Assembly: GCA_036555645.1 (NCBI GenBank) | Contig: DATBLA010000040.1 | Coordinates: 3,839-67,838, forward strand | Reading direction: 5' to 3' | DNA: 64,000 nucleotides | Source of the DNA: Actinomycetota bacterium | GTDB lineage: Bacteria; Actinomycetota; UBA4738; HRBIN12 | Part shown: piece after piece, positions 1-7,912 of the stretch | Layout of the letters: each line of letters opens with the position of its first letter | Numbering within the stretch: the stretch's first letter is position 1 | Translations under genes and position numbers: made by a program | The notes under the pieces: generated by a model | The model's input: the letters and a program-made list of their open reading frames with translations, nothing else | Told to the model about the DNA's origin: nothing | Database searches by the model: none

Positions 1-1885
1 CCAGCTGCTCGGGCAGATGGGACAGATCCGAGTCCATCTCGACGACGAGGTCGTGCCCGTTGACCCTGGCCCAGTCGAACCCGACCGCGTACGCGCTCGC
101 CAGCCCCGACTTTCGCGGGCGCTCGACGAGCCGGACGTGCGCATCGGCGTTCGCGCGCTCCCGCACCACCTCGGCGGTCCCGTCCGGTGAGGCGTCGTCC
201 ACCACGAGGACGTCGACGAGGGCATCCGCCGATCGAACGCCCTCGATCACGGCGCCGATCGTGGCCCGCTCGTTGTAGGTCGGAAGGATCACGAGCGCCC
301 GGAGGTCGCCGCCGAGGGAGGTGGCCGGACGGAGGCGGCGGCTGCGTCCCCGAGGGATGAGCACGAGGGCGAGGACGACGACGAGGGAGGCGAGGGGGAC
401 CCAGTCCCCCAGGCGCGTGTACACCGTCCGCCGGGTCGAGACCGTGACGTCGCGCCGCATCGTCGCCGGCTCGAACAGGCCCCGCCGATCCACGACGCCG
501 CCGTCCGGATCGACGAAGGCGCTGATGCCGGAGACCGCCGCGTGGACGACCCATCGGGCGTTCTCGACCGCCCGCAGCCGGCTCATCTGCAGGTGCTGTT
601 CCGAGGCCGCCGTTCGCTCGTAGGACGCGTTGTTGATCGTCACGGCCAGGAACCCCGCCCCGAGGTCGACCATCTCCCGATTGATGGCCGGGAAGCTGTT
701 CTCGTAGCAGATCGGCGTTCCGATCGGCGGCAGGCCGGGGACCCTGATGAGGGAGACCTCATCCCCCGGGACCCGATCGACGGGGACCTGCTCCGTGGCC
801 GAGATCCATTGCAGCGCAGACCGGAACGGGACGTACTCGCCGAACGGGACGAGCTTGACCTTCACGTACGTGTCGACGAGCGTCCCGGTTCCGTCGAAGG
901 CGAGCGTCGCGGTTCGCTCGGATCCGTCCTCCCCGGTCGTCACGGCACCGGCGAGCGTCGGCGCGCCCACGGTGGCGATCGCGTCCCGGACCGCCGCCAT
1001 CGTCGCGGGGTCGTCGAGCGCGCCTGGATCGAGCGCACCCTCGCCCCAGACGACGAGATCGGGCGGGTCGTCCGCGAGCTGGAGGTGGCGCTCGACGTTC
1101 AGCATCGCGACCGCGATGTCCTCCTCGTCCCCGACGAGGTCCTGCACGGAGTCGACGTCCACCTGGATGACGGCGACCTCGAGGCCCTCTCCGTCCGGCG
1201 CCGGCACCGGGATCACGGCCGGGGCGAACGCGAGGGCCAGCACGACCACGACGAGGACGAGCGCGACCGCCGGCCGGCCGGTCAGCCAGCGCTCCAGGGC
1301 GAGCAGGATGAGGCCGGCCACCGCCAGCACGAGGAAGGACAGGCCCCACACCCCGGTCAGGGAGGCGAGCGGCAGCGCCGGCGCATCGACCTGAGCCGTC
1401 CCCAGCTGCCCCCAGGCGAACCCTCCGAGCGGCACCGCGGCGCGTGCCCACTCGATCACGGTCCACAGGCACGCGAGCCCGATCGTGCCGAGCACCGGTC
1501 GTCGGGGCCTCCAGATCGCTGGCGCGAGCAACCCGAACAGCGCCGTCCATCCCGCGGACATGAGGACCAGGGAGAGCCATCCGAGCTCGCCGAACAGCAG
1601 GATCCAGTAGAGCAGGCTGCCGAAGTAGGTGAACCCGAACACGAACCCGCACGCCGCCGCCCGCCGCGGACGCGATCCCCGCACGAGCCACAGGAGTGGA
1701 ATCGGCGCCACGAACACGAGCGGCCACGCGCCGACCGGTGGAAAGGCCAGGAACAGCGCCGCGCCCGAGGCGGCCGACAGCAGGAGCGCAGCGGGGAGCC
1801 TCAGCCCGGACGGGCTCAGGCGCAGTCCCGGCAGAGCACCTTGGCCTTGTCCTTCAGCTGGCTCCGATGCTTCACCAGAAAGCAG
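1..1885 (-). CDS. ppm1: Fused apolipoprotein N-acyltransferase (Lnt, CN-hydrolase/membrane) - polyprenol-phosphate mannose synthase (GT2), 3' partial at window edge. The Lnt part starts around 1830-1885; the start codon is uncertain and overlaps the DUF4193 tail
   Basis: Minus-strand translation gives the N-terminal TM LRLPAALLLSAASGAALFLAFPPVG, typical of Lnt. The same frame continues without a stop into VILPTYNERATIGAVIEGVRSADALVDVLVVDDASPDGTAEVVRERANADAHVRLVERPRKSGLASAYAVGFDWARVNGHDLVVEMDSDLSH, a DPM1-like GT2 domain. The listed 759..1727(-) ORF is an alternate-frame artefact. Confidence 0.75.
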   Translation of the reverse strand, partial: MLSGEASEPAEGQGQGALPGLRLSPSGLRLPAALLLSAASGAALFLAFPPVGAWPLVFVAPIPLLWLVRGSRPRRAAACGFVFGFTYFGSLLYWILLFGELGWLSLVLMSAGWTALFGLLAPAIWRPRRPVLGTIGLACLWTVIEWARAAVPLGGFAWGQLGTAQVDAPALPLASLTGVWGLSFLVLAVAGLILLALERWLTGRPAVALVLVVVVLALAFAPAVIPVPAPDGEGLEVAVIQVDVDSVQDLVGDEEDIAVAMLNVERHLQLADDPPDLVVWGEGALDPGALDDPATMAAVRDAIATVGAPTLAGAVTTGEDGSERTATLAFDGTGTLVDTYVKVKLVPFGEYVPFRSALQWISATEQVPVDRVPGDEVSLIRVPGLPPIGTPICYENSFPAINREMVDLGAGFLAVTINNASYERTAASEQHLQMSRLRAVENARWVVHAAVSGISAFVDPDGGVVDRRGLFEPATMRRDVTVSTRRTVYTRLGDWVPLASLVVVLALVLIPRGRSRRLRPATSLGGDLRALVILPTYNERATIGAVIEGVRSADALVDVLVVDDASPDGTAEVVRERANADAHVRLVERPRKSGLASAYAVGFDWARVNGHDLVVEMDSDLSHLPEQL

Positions 1886-2175
1886 TTCGAACATATGAAC
1901 TCGGTGGGCTGCGGGGGCACGACCTTGGTCGCCAGCGGCTCCAGTCGCTCCTCGCGCGAGAGGCTGAGGACGGAGTCGTCCTCCTCCTCGCCCTCCTCGG
2001 CCCTGGCCTCCTGCTTGACGAGGATGTCCTGGATCGACTCGACCTCCTCGTCGCCGGTGGAGGCCGCTCTCGGTGCCTCGTCCGATCCGTCCGCGGGGGC
2101 GGGAGCCTCTCCGTTGCCGGCCTCGGCCTCCTCGTCGGTCTCCTCGTCCTCGAGGGTGTCTTCGAGGTCTTCCAC
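1816..2175 (-). CDS. DUF4193-family small acidic protein with C-terminal Cys-rich motif
   Basis: 119 aa, acidic N-terminal half (EEDDSVLSLSREERLEPL...) and C-terminal TEFICSNCFLVKHRSQLKDKAKVLCRDCA, characteristic of actinobacterial DUF4193. Confidence 0.7.
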   Translation of the reverse strand: MEDLEDTLEDEETDEEAEAGNGEAPAPADGSDEAPRAASTGDEEVESIQDILVKQEARAEEGEEEDDSVLSLSREERLEPLATKVVPPQPTEFICSNCFLVKHRSQLKDKAKVLCRDCA

Positions 2176-2320
2176 GTGCCTCCCTTTCCTCGGCCGGGGA
2201 TTGTACTGCCGAGCATCTGGCTGGCAAGGGTTCTCCGGCGCTCAACGCATCGGCATGCGCGATTCATTCCCGGAGGTGCCGGATCCAGTCGCTCGTGGCT
2301 CGAGGGGGAAAGGATGAGGA

Positions 2321-2383
2321 CCCAAGAGACCTTTGGGGCCGCAGAGCCGGGGCTCCGCGTTCTCTACTCAGCCTCTTGGGTCC
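2321..2383. terminator. Perfect 13-nt inverted repeat GAGGACCCAAGAG / CTCTTGGGTCCTC flanking a ~37-nt GC-rich spacer. Candidate terminator or structured RNA element between the amidohydrolase and DUF4193
   Basis: Read directly in the 2175-2480 intergenic region. It lies downstream of the minus-strand RT-amidohydrolase operon and upstream of DUF4193. Confidence 0.4.
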
Positions 2384-2480
2384 TCCGTGCGCGGCCACCG
2401 AAGCGGCCGACGCAGGGCGGACGGTACACCTGCGATCCGAACGCTGTCAAACGACGGGCGTTGTTGCCGTCGCTCGGGCT

Positions 2481-3998
2481 CTATGCGGCGTAGACGTCCC
2501 GCCCGAGGCTGACCGTCAGCATCGGGCGCAGGCCGTCCAGGACGGGCGCCTCGAGGGGATCGAGGTCGTAGGCGGCGAAGTCCGCGTGCTTGCCGGGCTC
2601 CAGGCTCCCCTTCTTGTCCTCGAGGTGCGCAAGACGCGCGCTCCCGAGCGTGTACAGGCGCAGCGCCTCGTCTCGCCCGATCCGCTGGCTGGGGTCGTGA
2701 TGGGTCTCGAACGCCGCGACCCCCACGAGCGGATCGATCGTCGTGATCGGCGAGTCGGAGCCGGCCCCGAGCTCGATCCCCCGGCTCAGCAGCTCGCGGA
2801 ACCGGTTCATCGCCGCGGCGCGATCGGCGCCGAGCGCCTGCTCGTACAGGCCTCCCGGCGCGCCCCACGCCGCGTCGAAGCTCGGCTGGACGCTGATCCC
2901 GAGACCGAGCATCGCGGCCCGTTCGACCTGCTCACGGCCGGCCATCTCGAAGTGCTCCACACGGTGTCGCCGAGCCCGGAAGTGGCGGCGCTGGCGCGAG
3001 TCGAGGGCCTGGTAGACGCGCTCCCAGGTCCGGATCACCTGCTCGATCGCCGCATCGCCGATCGCGTGGATGCCCACCTGCAGGCCCGCCAGATGCCCGT
3101 CGTGGAAGAACTGAGCGAGCTCGTCGTCCTCGAAGGCGCCGCTCGGCGGCTCGTCGCGATCGGCGAACGGGTCGGAGACCCACGCGGTCCGCGCGCCGAT
3201 CGAGCCGTCGGCCGCGAGGTCCCCGCCGATCCTGCCGAGCCCGAGGTCGATCGCCGCGGAGACCTCGGTCGAGCCGAGATAGGGCACGACGTCCACCGGC
3301 ATCCGCTCCCGGTGGGCGAGCAGGATCTCCAGGTCGCGCATGCCACGCTCGGCCGGCATCGACATCTCGTGCACGCACGTGACGCCGTGGGACACGGCCA
3401 GCCCGGCCGCCGCGAGCTGATACTGCTCGACGTCGTGCGCCGACAGGTTCGATGCGAACCACGACTTGGCCGCCCGCGCCGACGCTCGTGTGAGCCTGGC
3501 CGTGGGGGCTCCATGGTCGTCGAGCTCCGGCTCCAGCGTCCGCTCCCCCGCGGCCTCCATGGCCCGAAGGGCCGCCGTGTTCACGAGGACCAGGTGTCCG
3601 TCCACACGGGCCAGGCCCAGCGGCCGCTCCGAGACGGCGTCCAGGTCCTCTAGGGACGGGACCCGCCGGTCTTCCCATCCGGACTCGTCCCAGCCGTGGA
3701 GGTAGACGGGACCCTCGTGCCGGGCGGCCACCCGCCGGGCCACCTCGAGCAGCTCGGTGGCCGACGGCGCTGCGCCGACCTCCGGCGCCTCCTGGTGGAC
3801 CCCCGTGCCGGTCAGGTGGACGTGGGTGTCGACGAAGCCCGGGACGATCGTGGCCCCCGGAAGGTCGACGACCCGGTCCGCGCCGGGCGGCTCCCCCGCG
3901 CCGACGCGTTCGATGTGGCGCCCGTCGACGAGCAACCACTCCCCCATCGGAGGAGAGGACAACGTGCGAACGCGAGAGGCTCGGTACAGGGTCCGCAT
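2481..3998 (-). CDS. Metal-dependent amidohydrolase, Amidohydro_3/YtcJ-like. The true start may be the internal Met at ~3947 (MGEWLLVDG)
   Basis: VPGFVDTHVHLTG metal-binding HxH motif and later GSDSPITT motif. Length ~490-505 aa. Paralogous to 38483..40147. The start lies only 12 nt (or 63 nt) after the RT stop on the same strand. Confidence 0.8.
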   Translation of the reverse strand: MRTLYRASRVRTLSSPPMGEWLLVDGRHIERVGAGEPPGADRVVDLPGATIVPGFVDTHVHLTGTGVHQEAPEVGAAPSATELLEVARRVAARHEGPVYLHGWDESGWEDRRVPSLEDLDAVSERPLGLARVDGHLVLVNTAALRAMEAAGERTLEPELDDHGAPTARLTRASARAAKSWFASNLSAHDVEQYQLAAAGLAVSHGVTCVHEMSMPAERGMRDLEILLAHRERMPVDVVPYLGSTEVSAAIDLGLGRIGGDLAADGSIGARTAWVSDPFADRDEPPSGAFEDDELAQFFHDGHLAGLQVGIHAIGDAAIEQVIRTWERVYQALDSRQRRHFRARRHRVEHFEMAGREQVERAAMLGLGISVQPSFDAAWGAPGGLYEQALGADRAAAMNRFRELLSRGIELGAGSDSPITTIDPLVGVAAFETHHDPSQRIGRDEALRLYTLGSARLAHLEDKKGSLEPGKHADFAAYDLDPLEAPVLDGLRPMLTVSLGRDVYAA

Positions 3999-4010
3999 CG
4001 CGCGGCGAGC

Positions 4011-4805
4011 TTAGCCCACGCGCGCTGCGGCCTCGGCACCCGAGGGCGCGAGGAGCGCACGCGCCCTCGTCCCCTCGACGACCCTCGTCTTTTGCTCGTT
4101 CGGCCGGAGGCCGAGCTCTCCCCAGACGGACCGGAGGACGTCGAGCGCCACTCGGGCTCCCCGAGGACCCTCGACGCGCATCACCACGTCGTCGACCCAG
4201 CGCAGGAAGGAGATGCGCTCGGCCTCGAGCGCCCGATCCGCGTGCGACAGGACCGCGTTCGCGAGCACCGCGGACGCATCCGGTCCGATCGGGAGCCCGC
4301 GCACGCCGGCCGATTCGAGCTCGAGCAGCAGATCCTCGATCTCGCCGGCCGCGGTGATCTCCATCCTCGACAGCGTGTGAGCGACGACCTGCGGCGAGAT
4401 CGAGGGGAAGCACCGGCGGACGTCGGCGACGGCCAGGCTCGCGTCACCTCCGACGAGGCGGGCCAGCCCTCGGGCGAACTCCCGGCGCTCGAGACGCCAG
4501 GGCCGGAGCCGCAGCTCGCCCGCCGGAGGCTGCTCGAGGTCGAGCCGGTTGGCCGCGACGCTCGGCGAGAGGGAACGCTCGATCGAGGCCGCCGCCTCAC
4601 CGACGAGCCGCGCGTACGACTGCCGGGTCGCCGGGTCGAGCGCCGTGAGGAGACGCACCCCCCTGCGATGGCGCACGGCGAACACACGGGGACGGAGGGG
4701 CGTTGCGAGCACGGGTCTCCCCTGTCTCGGGGGAGGCGCGGCGAGCTCGGAGGTTGTACCGCATCCGGCCGCCGCGGGGAATCGGCCGCCCTGAGCTCGC
4801 AACAT
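4011..4805 (-). CDS. Compact stand-alone reverse transcriptase (RT fingers/palm domain only, ~265 aa)
   Basis: All RT motifs are readable: motif 1/2 RVFAVRHRRGVRLLTALDPATRQSYARLV, motif A/3 LAVADVRRCFPSISPQVV, motif B' GLPIGPDASAVLANAVLSHADRAL, motif C FLRWVDDVVM, motif D/E GLRPNEQKTRVV. Start at ATG (MLRAQGG) at 4805. The upstream in-frame extension would overlap the divergent lrp start. Confidence 0.75.
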   Translation of the reverse strand: MLRAQGGRFPAAAGCGTTSELAAPPPRQGRPVLATPLRPRVFAVRHRRGVRLLTALDPATRQSYARLVGEAAASIERSLSPSVAANRLDLEQPPAGELRLRPWRLERREFARGLARLVGGDASLAVADVRRCFPSISPQVVAHTLSRMEITAAGEIEDLLLELESAGVRGLPIGPDASAVLANAVLSHADRALEAERISFLRWVDDVVMRVEGPRGARVALDVLRSVWGELGLRPNEQKTRVVEGTRARALLAPSGAEAAARVG

Positions 4806-4827
4806 CGGCCGGCTGCGGACCCGTACG

Positions 4828-5292
4828 ATGAACGGCGTGCCATCGACGGGACCGGACGAGCGCGATCTCGAGATCATCGCCGCGCTCCAGGAGGACGCCA
4901 GGGCGACCTATACCGACATCGGGCGGCGGGTGGGCCTGTCACCGTCATCGGTCCACGAGCGCATCCGCCGGCTCGAACGAAACGGCACGATTCGGGGATA
5001 TCGGGCGGTCGTCGAGCCCGAGGCCGTCGGGTTGTTCGTCACGGCGCTCATCGCGGCATCCCCGCTGGATCCGACCCAACCCGACGACCTGCCCGATCGC
5101 GTGCACGACTTCCCGGAGGTCGTCGACTGTCTCAGCGTGGCCGGCGAGGCCAACTACATCCTCAAGGTGAGGACGCGGACGACCGCGGAGCTCGAGGACC
5201 TCATCCGCCGGCTCCGCGAGAAGGGTGAGGTGCACACGCGCACGACCGTCGTGCTCTCGATCCCGTTCGAGAACCGCCCGCTCGTGCCCTAG
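4828..5292 (+). CDS. lrp: Lrp/AsnC-family transcriptional regulator
   Basis: 154 aa. N-terminal HTH (LEIIAALQEDARATYTDIGRRVGLSPSSVHERIRRLE) plus C-terminal RAM/AsnC_trans domain. Divergent from the RT gene with ~20 bp between the starts. Confidence 0.85.
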   Translation: MNGVPSTGPDERDLEIIAALQEDARATYTDIGRRVGLSPSSVHERIRRLERNGTIRGYRAVVEPEAVGLFVTALIAASPLDPTQPDDLPDRVHDFPEVVDCLSVAGEANYILKVRTRTTAELEDLIRRLREKGEVHTRTTVVLSIPFENRPLVP

Positions 5293-5295
5293 CGC

Positions 5296-5916
5296 TCAGG
5301 GCGCTCCCCGACCCACGAGCTCGGCCATGCGCTCGTAGCTGCCCCGGTATCGCTTCCATCGTCGCTGGAGCGAGCCGCTCGGATCCAGGCGGGCGACGGT
5401 CTGCGGCTGCACGCCGAATCGCCCGCCGCCGAGCCTCGGCCGCCCCGGCGCGAACCCGAACTCCACCAGGATCGGATCCAACGGCGTCGCCGCCGAGGCG
5501 ATCGCGATCCAGATGCGGTTGCCGGGATCGTCGAGCGCCCCCAGGCGGGGTCCGTCCTGGTCTCGGCGGCGCCCCAGCCGCGTCGCCCACTCGGGCACGA
5601 GCAGGGACCAGCCGCCCTCGTGCCGCCCGACGAGATCCGGTGCCGTGAACGGGGCGAGCCAGACCTCGGGGTCGCCGAGCCGGTCGAGCACCTGCCGGAC
5701 CCCGGCCTCGATCCCGCGGGCCGAGGCGTCCCGCAGGGCCACCTTCACCCCGGCCTCGAGCCGCTCGTACCGGGCCGCCTGGGTACGAGTCACGCGGTCG
5801 ACCCCGGCGAGCAGGCAGGCGCGAAGCGGCGGTTCCAGCTCCCGAACGAAGCTCTCGCCCTCGGCGACCACGGCGGACCTGGCCGCCTCGAGGCTCGCGA
5901 ACGCCTCCTCGGACAC
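5296..5916 (-). CDS. Hypothetical protein (206 aa), no recognisable domain
   Basis: Strong GC3 codon bias. No stop codons in a 206-aa frame tightly packed between lrp and the FtsH-like gene. Confidence 0.5.
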   Translation of the reverse strand: MSEEAFASLEAARSAVVAEGESFVRELEPPLRACLLAGVDRVTRTQAARYERLEAGVKVALRDASARGIEAGVRQVLDRLGDPEVWLAPFTAPDLVGRHEGGWSLLVPEWATRLGRRRDQDGPRLGALDDPGNRIWIAIASAATPLDPILVEFGFAPGRPRLGGGRFGVQPQTVARLDPSGSLQRRWKRYRGSYERMAELVGRGAP

Positions 5917-6033
5917 GCGGCCAGCCTAGACGCCCGAACCGATCCCCCGTTCAGTGGTGTCGGTTTCGGCCGCCTCGGGCGTAGACTCGCCAGAGCGGAG
6001 CGCCCGGCCCGCACGTGCCTGGGGGTGGAGTCG

Positions 6034-7860
6034 ATGGATCCTCAGTACCGCCGATACGGTCGCTGGTTGAAACGAGCCGCCTGGATCGTCGCGATCTACG
6101 TGTTCGCCGCGTGGCTGTTCATGGGCCTCAGCCCGTCCCAGTCGCTGAGCGATCCGGAGCTCGTGATGAGCCAGCTCCGTCCGTTCATGTTGCAGGCGAT
6201 GATCCTCGTCTTCTTCATCCTCATCCAGTTCGGCGCGATGTTCTGGTTCCTCTCGCGCGGCAACGACTACGTCATCTACCCGAACGAGTACGACACCTCG
6301 TTCGACGACGTCCGCGGCCAGCCGGCGGCCGTGGAGTCGACGAAGGAGGTCCTGCGGGTCTTCGAGGGCTTCAAGGACTTCAAGCAGATGGGCGGCTATC
6401 CCCCGCACGGCATCCTGTTCGAGGGCCCTCCGGGGACGGGCAAGACGCTCATGGCCAAGGCGATCGCCGGAGCCTCCGGGGTCCCGTTCCTGTTCGCGAC
6501 GGGGTCGGGGTTCGCGAACATGTTCATCGGCATCGGCAACCTGAAGGTCCGGCGCCTGTTCAAGAAGGCGCGCGTGATGTCGGACAAGTACGGCGGCGCC
6601 GTGATCTTCATCGACGAGATCGACGCCGTGGGCGCCCGGGGCGGCGTCACCGACCGGTCGACCACCGATCGCGCGGCCGATCGGCTCATCATGGGCGCCG
6701 GGATGGGCGGCGGGATGGGCATGGGGGTCATCAACGAGCTGCTCGTCCAGATGGACGGCTTCACCGTCCCGCGCGGGCTGTGGCGGCACGTGCGCCGGCT
6801 CGCGTTCCGCGCCAAGCCGAGGGTCCCCTTCTACAACATCCTCGTGATCGGGGCGACGAACCGCGCCGCGACGCTCGACCCGGCGCTGCTTCGCCCGGGC
6901 CGATTCGACCGCAAGATCCACGTCGGCCTGCCGGATCACGAGGGGCGGCAGGACATCCTGCGCTACTACCTGGCCAAGGTCCGGCACGAGCCGATCAACT
7001 ACGAGAAGCTCTCGCGGATGACGGTGAACTACTCGCCGGCCAGGATCAAGAACATCGTGAACGAGGCGCTCCTGTTCGCGCTCCAGGACGGGCGCGACGC
7101 CCTGCGGTGGGACGACCTGTGGCAGGCCAAGCTCACCGACGAGATCGGCCTGAAGCAGCCCGTGAAGTACAGCCCGCACGAGAAGGAGATGGTCGCGATC
7201 CACGAGGGCGCGCACGCGGTCGCCTCGTACGCGTTGGAGCGCGGCGAGCGGCTGATCCAGGTCATCACGATCCAGAAGCGCGAAGGGGCCCTCGGCCTCG
7301 TGCACGGCCAGGACGTCGAGGATCGATACCTCACGACCCAGAAGCAGATGCTCGCCCGGATCCAGGTGAGCCTGGCGGGGCTCGTGGCCGAGGAGATCTG
7401 GTTCGGGCAGACGACCGGCGGCCCCACCAGCGATCTCGCGGCGGCGACCGGAATCGCCGCGACCTACGTCGGCGTGTACGGCATGGGCAAGAGCCTCATC
7501 TCCTCGATCGTCGACGCGAACGAGCTCGAGAGCGTCGTGAGCGTGGTCCTTCGCGACGGAGAGCGTCGCAAGGAGGTCGACGCGATCCTGAACGACTGCC
7601 GCGGCCGCGTTCGAAACCTCCTCCTCAAGAAGCGACACGTCGTGGAGGGGGTTCGCGACGCGCTGCTCGAGCGGGAGGAGCTCGTCGGCGACGAGATCGA
7701 GGTCCTCATGGCCGAGCTCGGAGAGCGCGAGCCGATCGAGATCGCGGTCCCCGCCGAGGCACCGTCCCCGTTCGCTCCGGGCGGCAACGGACAATCGCCG
7801 GGCGGGAACGGTCGGCGCCCGGCGCCGCCGAGACCGGACACGACACAGGGCTCCGAGTAG
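6034..7860 (+). CDS. FtsH-like membrane AAA+ ATPase / M41 zinc metalloprotease
   Basis: N-terminal TMs. Walker A GILFEGPPGTGKT, Walker B VIFIDEIDAV, second region of homology ATNRAATLDPALLRPGRFDRKIHV, zinc site HEGAHAV. Start is the in-frame ATG (MDPQYRRYGRWLK); the ORF-track start 5620 is an upstream extension. Confidence 0.85.
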   Translation: MDPQYRRYGRWLKRAAWIVAIYVFAAWLFMGLSPSQSLSDPELVMSQLRPFMLQAMILVFFILIQFGAMFWFLSRGNDYVIYPNEYDTSFDDVRGQPAAVESTKEVLRVFEGFKDFKQMGGYPPHGILFEGPPGTGKTLMAKAIAGASGVPFLFATGSGFANMFIGIGNLKVRRLFKKARVMSDKYGGAVIFIDEIDAVGARGGVTDRSTTDRAADRLIMGAGMGGGMGMGVINELLVQMDGFTVPRGLWRHVRRLAFRAKPRVPFYNILVIGATNRAATLDPALLRPGRFDRKIHVGLPDHEGRQDILRYYLAKVRHEPINYEKLSRMTVNYSPARIKNIVNEALLFALQDGRDALRWDDLWQAKLTDEIGLKQPVKYSPHEKEMVAIHEGAHAVASYALERGERLIQVITIQKREGALGLVHGQDVEDRYLTTQKQMLARIQVSLAGLVAEEIWFGQTTGGPTSDLAAATGIAATYVGVYGMGKSLISSIVDANELESVVSVVLRDGERRKEVDAILNDCRGRVRNLLLKKRHVVEGVRDALLEREELVGDEIEVLMAELGEREPIEIAVPAEAPSPFAPGGNGQSPGGNGRRPAPPRPDTTQGSE

Positions 7861-7912
7861 TCGCACCCGTCGCCGCCGGGAACCCCCGGCGGCGACGGTA
7901 TGCTCCCTGACC

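Noticed and set aside
542-2317. 591-aa plus-strand ORF (and overlapping 747..1394, 759..1727(-), 1696..2493, 1872..2267(-), 2073..3653)
   Set aside because: Arg/Asp/Gly/Pro-rich low-complexity translations antisense or out of frame to Lnt-Ppm1, DUF4193 and the amidohydrolase. No motifs. These are the expected spurious long ORFs of a 70% GC genome.
2932-5228. Long ORFs 2932..4413(-), 3696..5228(+), 4181..4843(-)
   Set aside because: Alternate-frame or antisense artefacts over the amidohydrolase, RT and lrp genes. Compositionally Arg/Gly/Pro-rich and without domain signatures.
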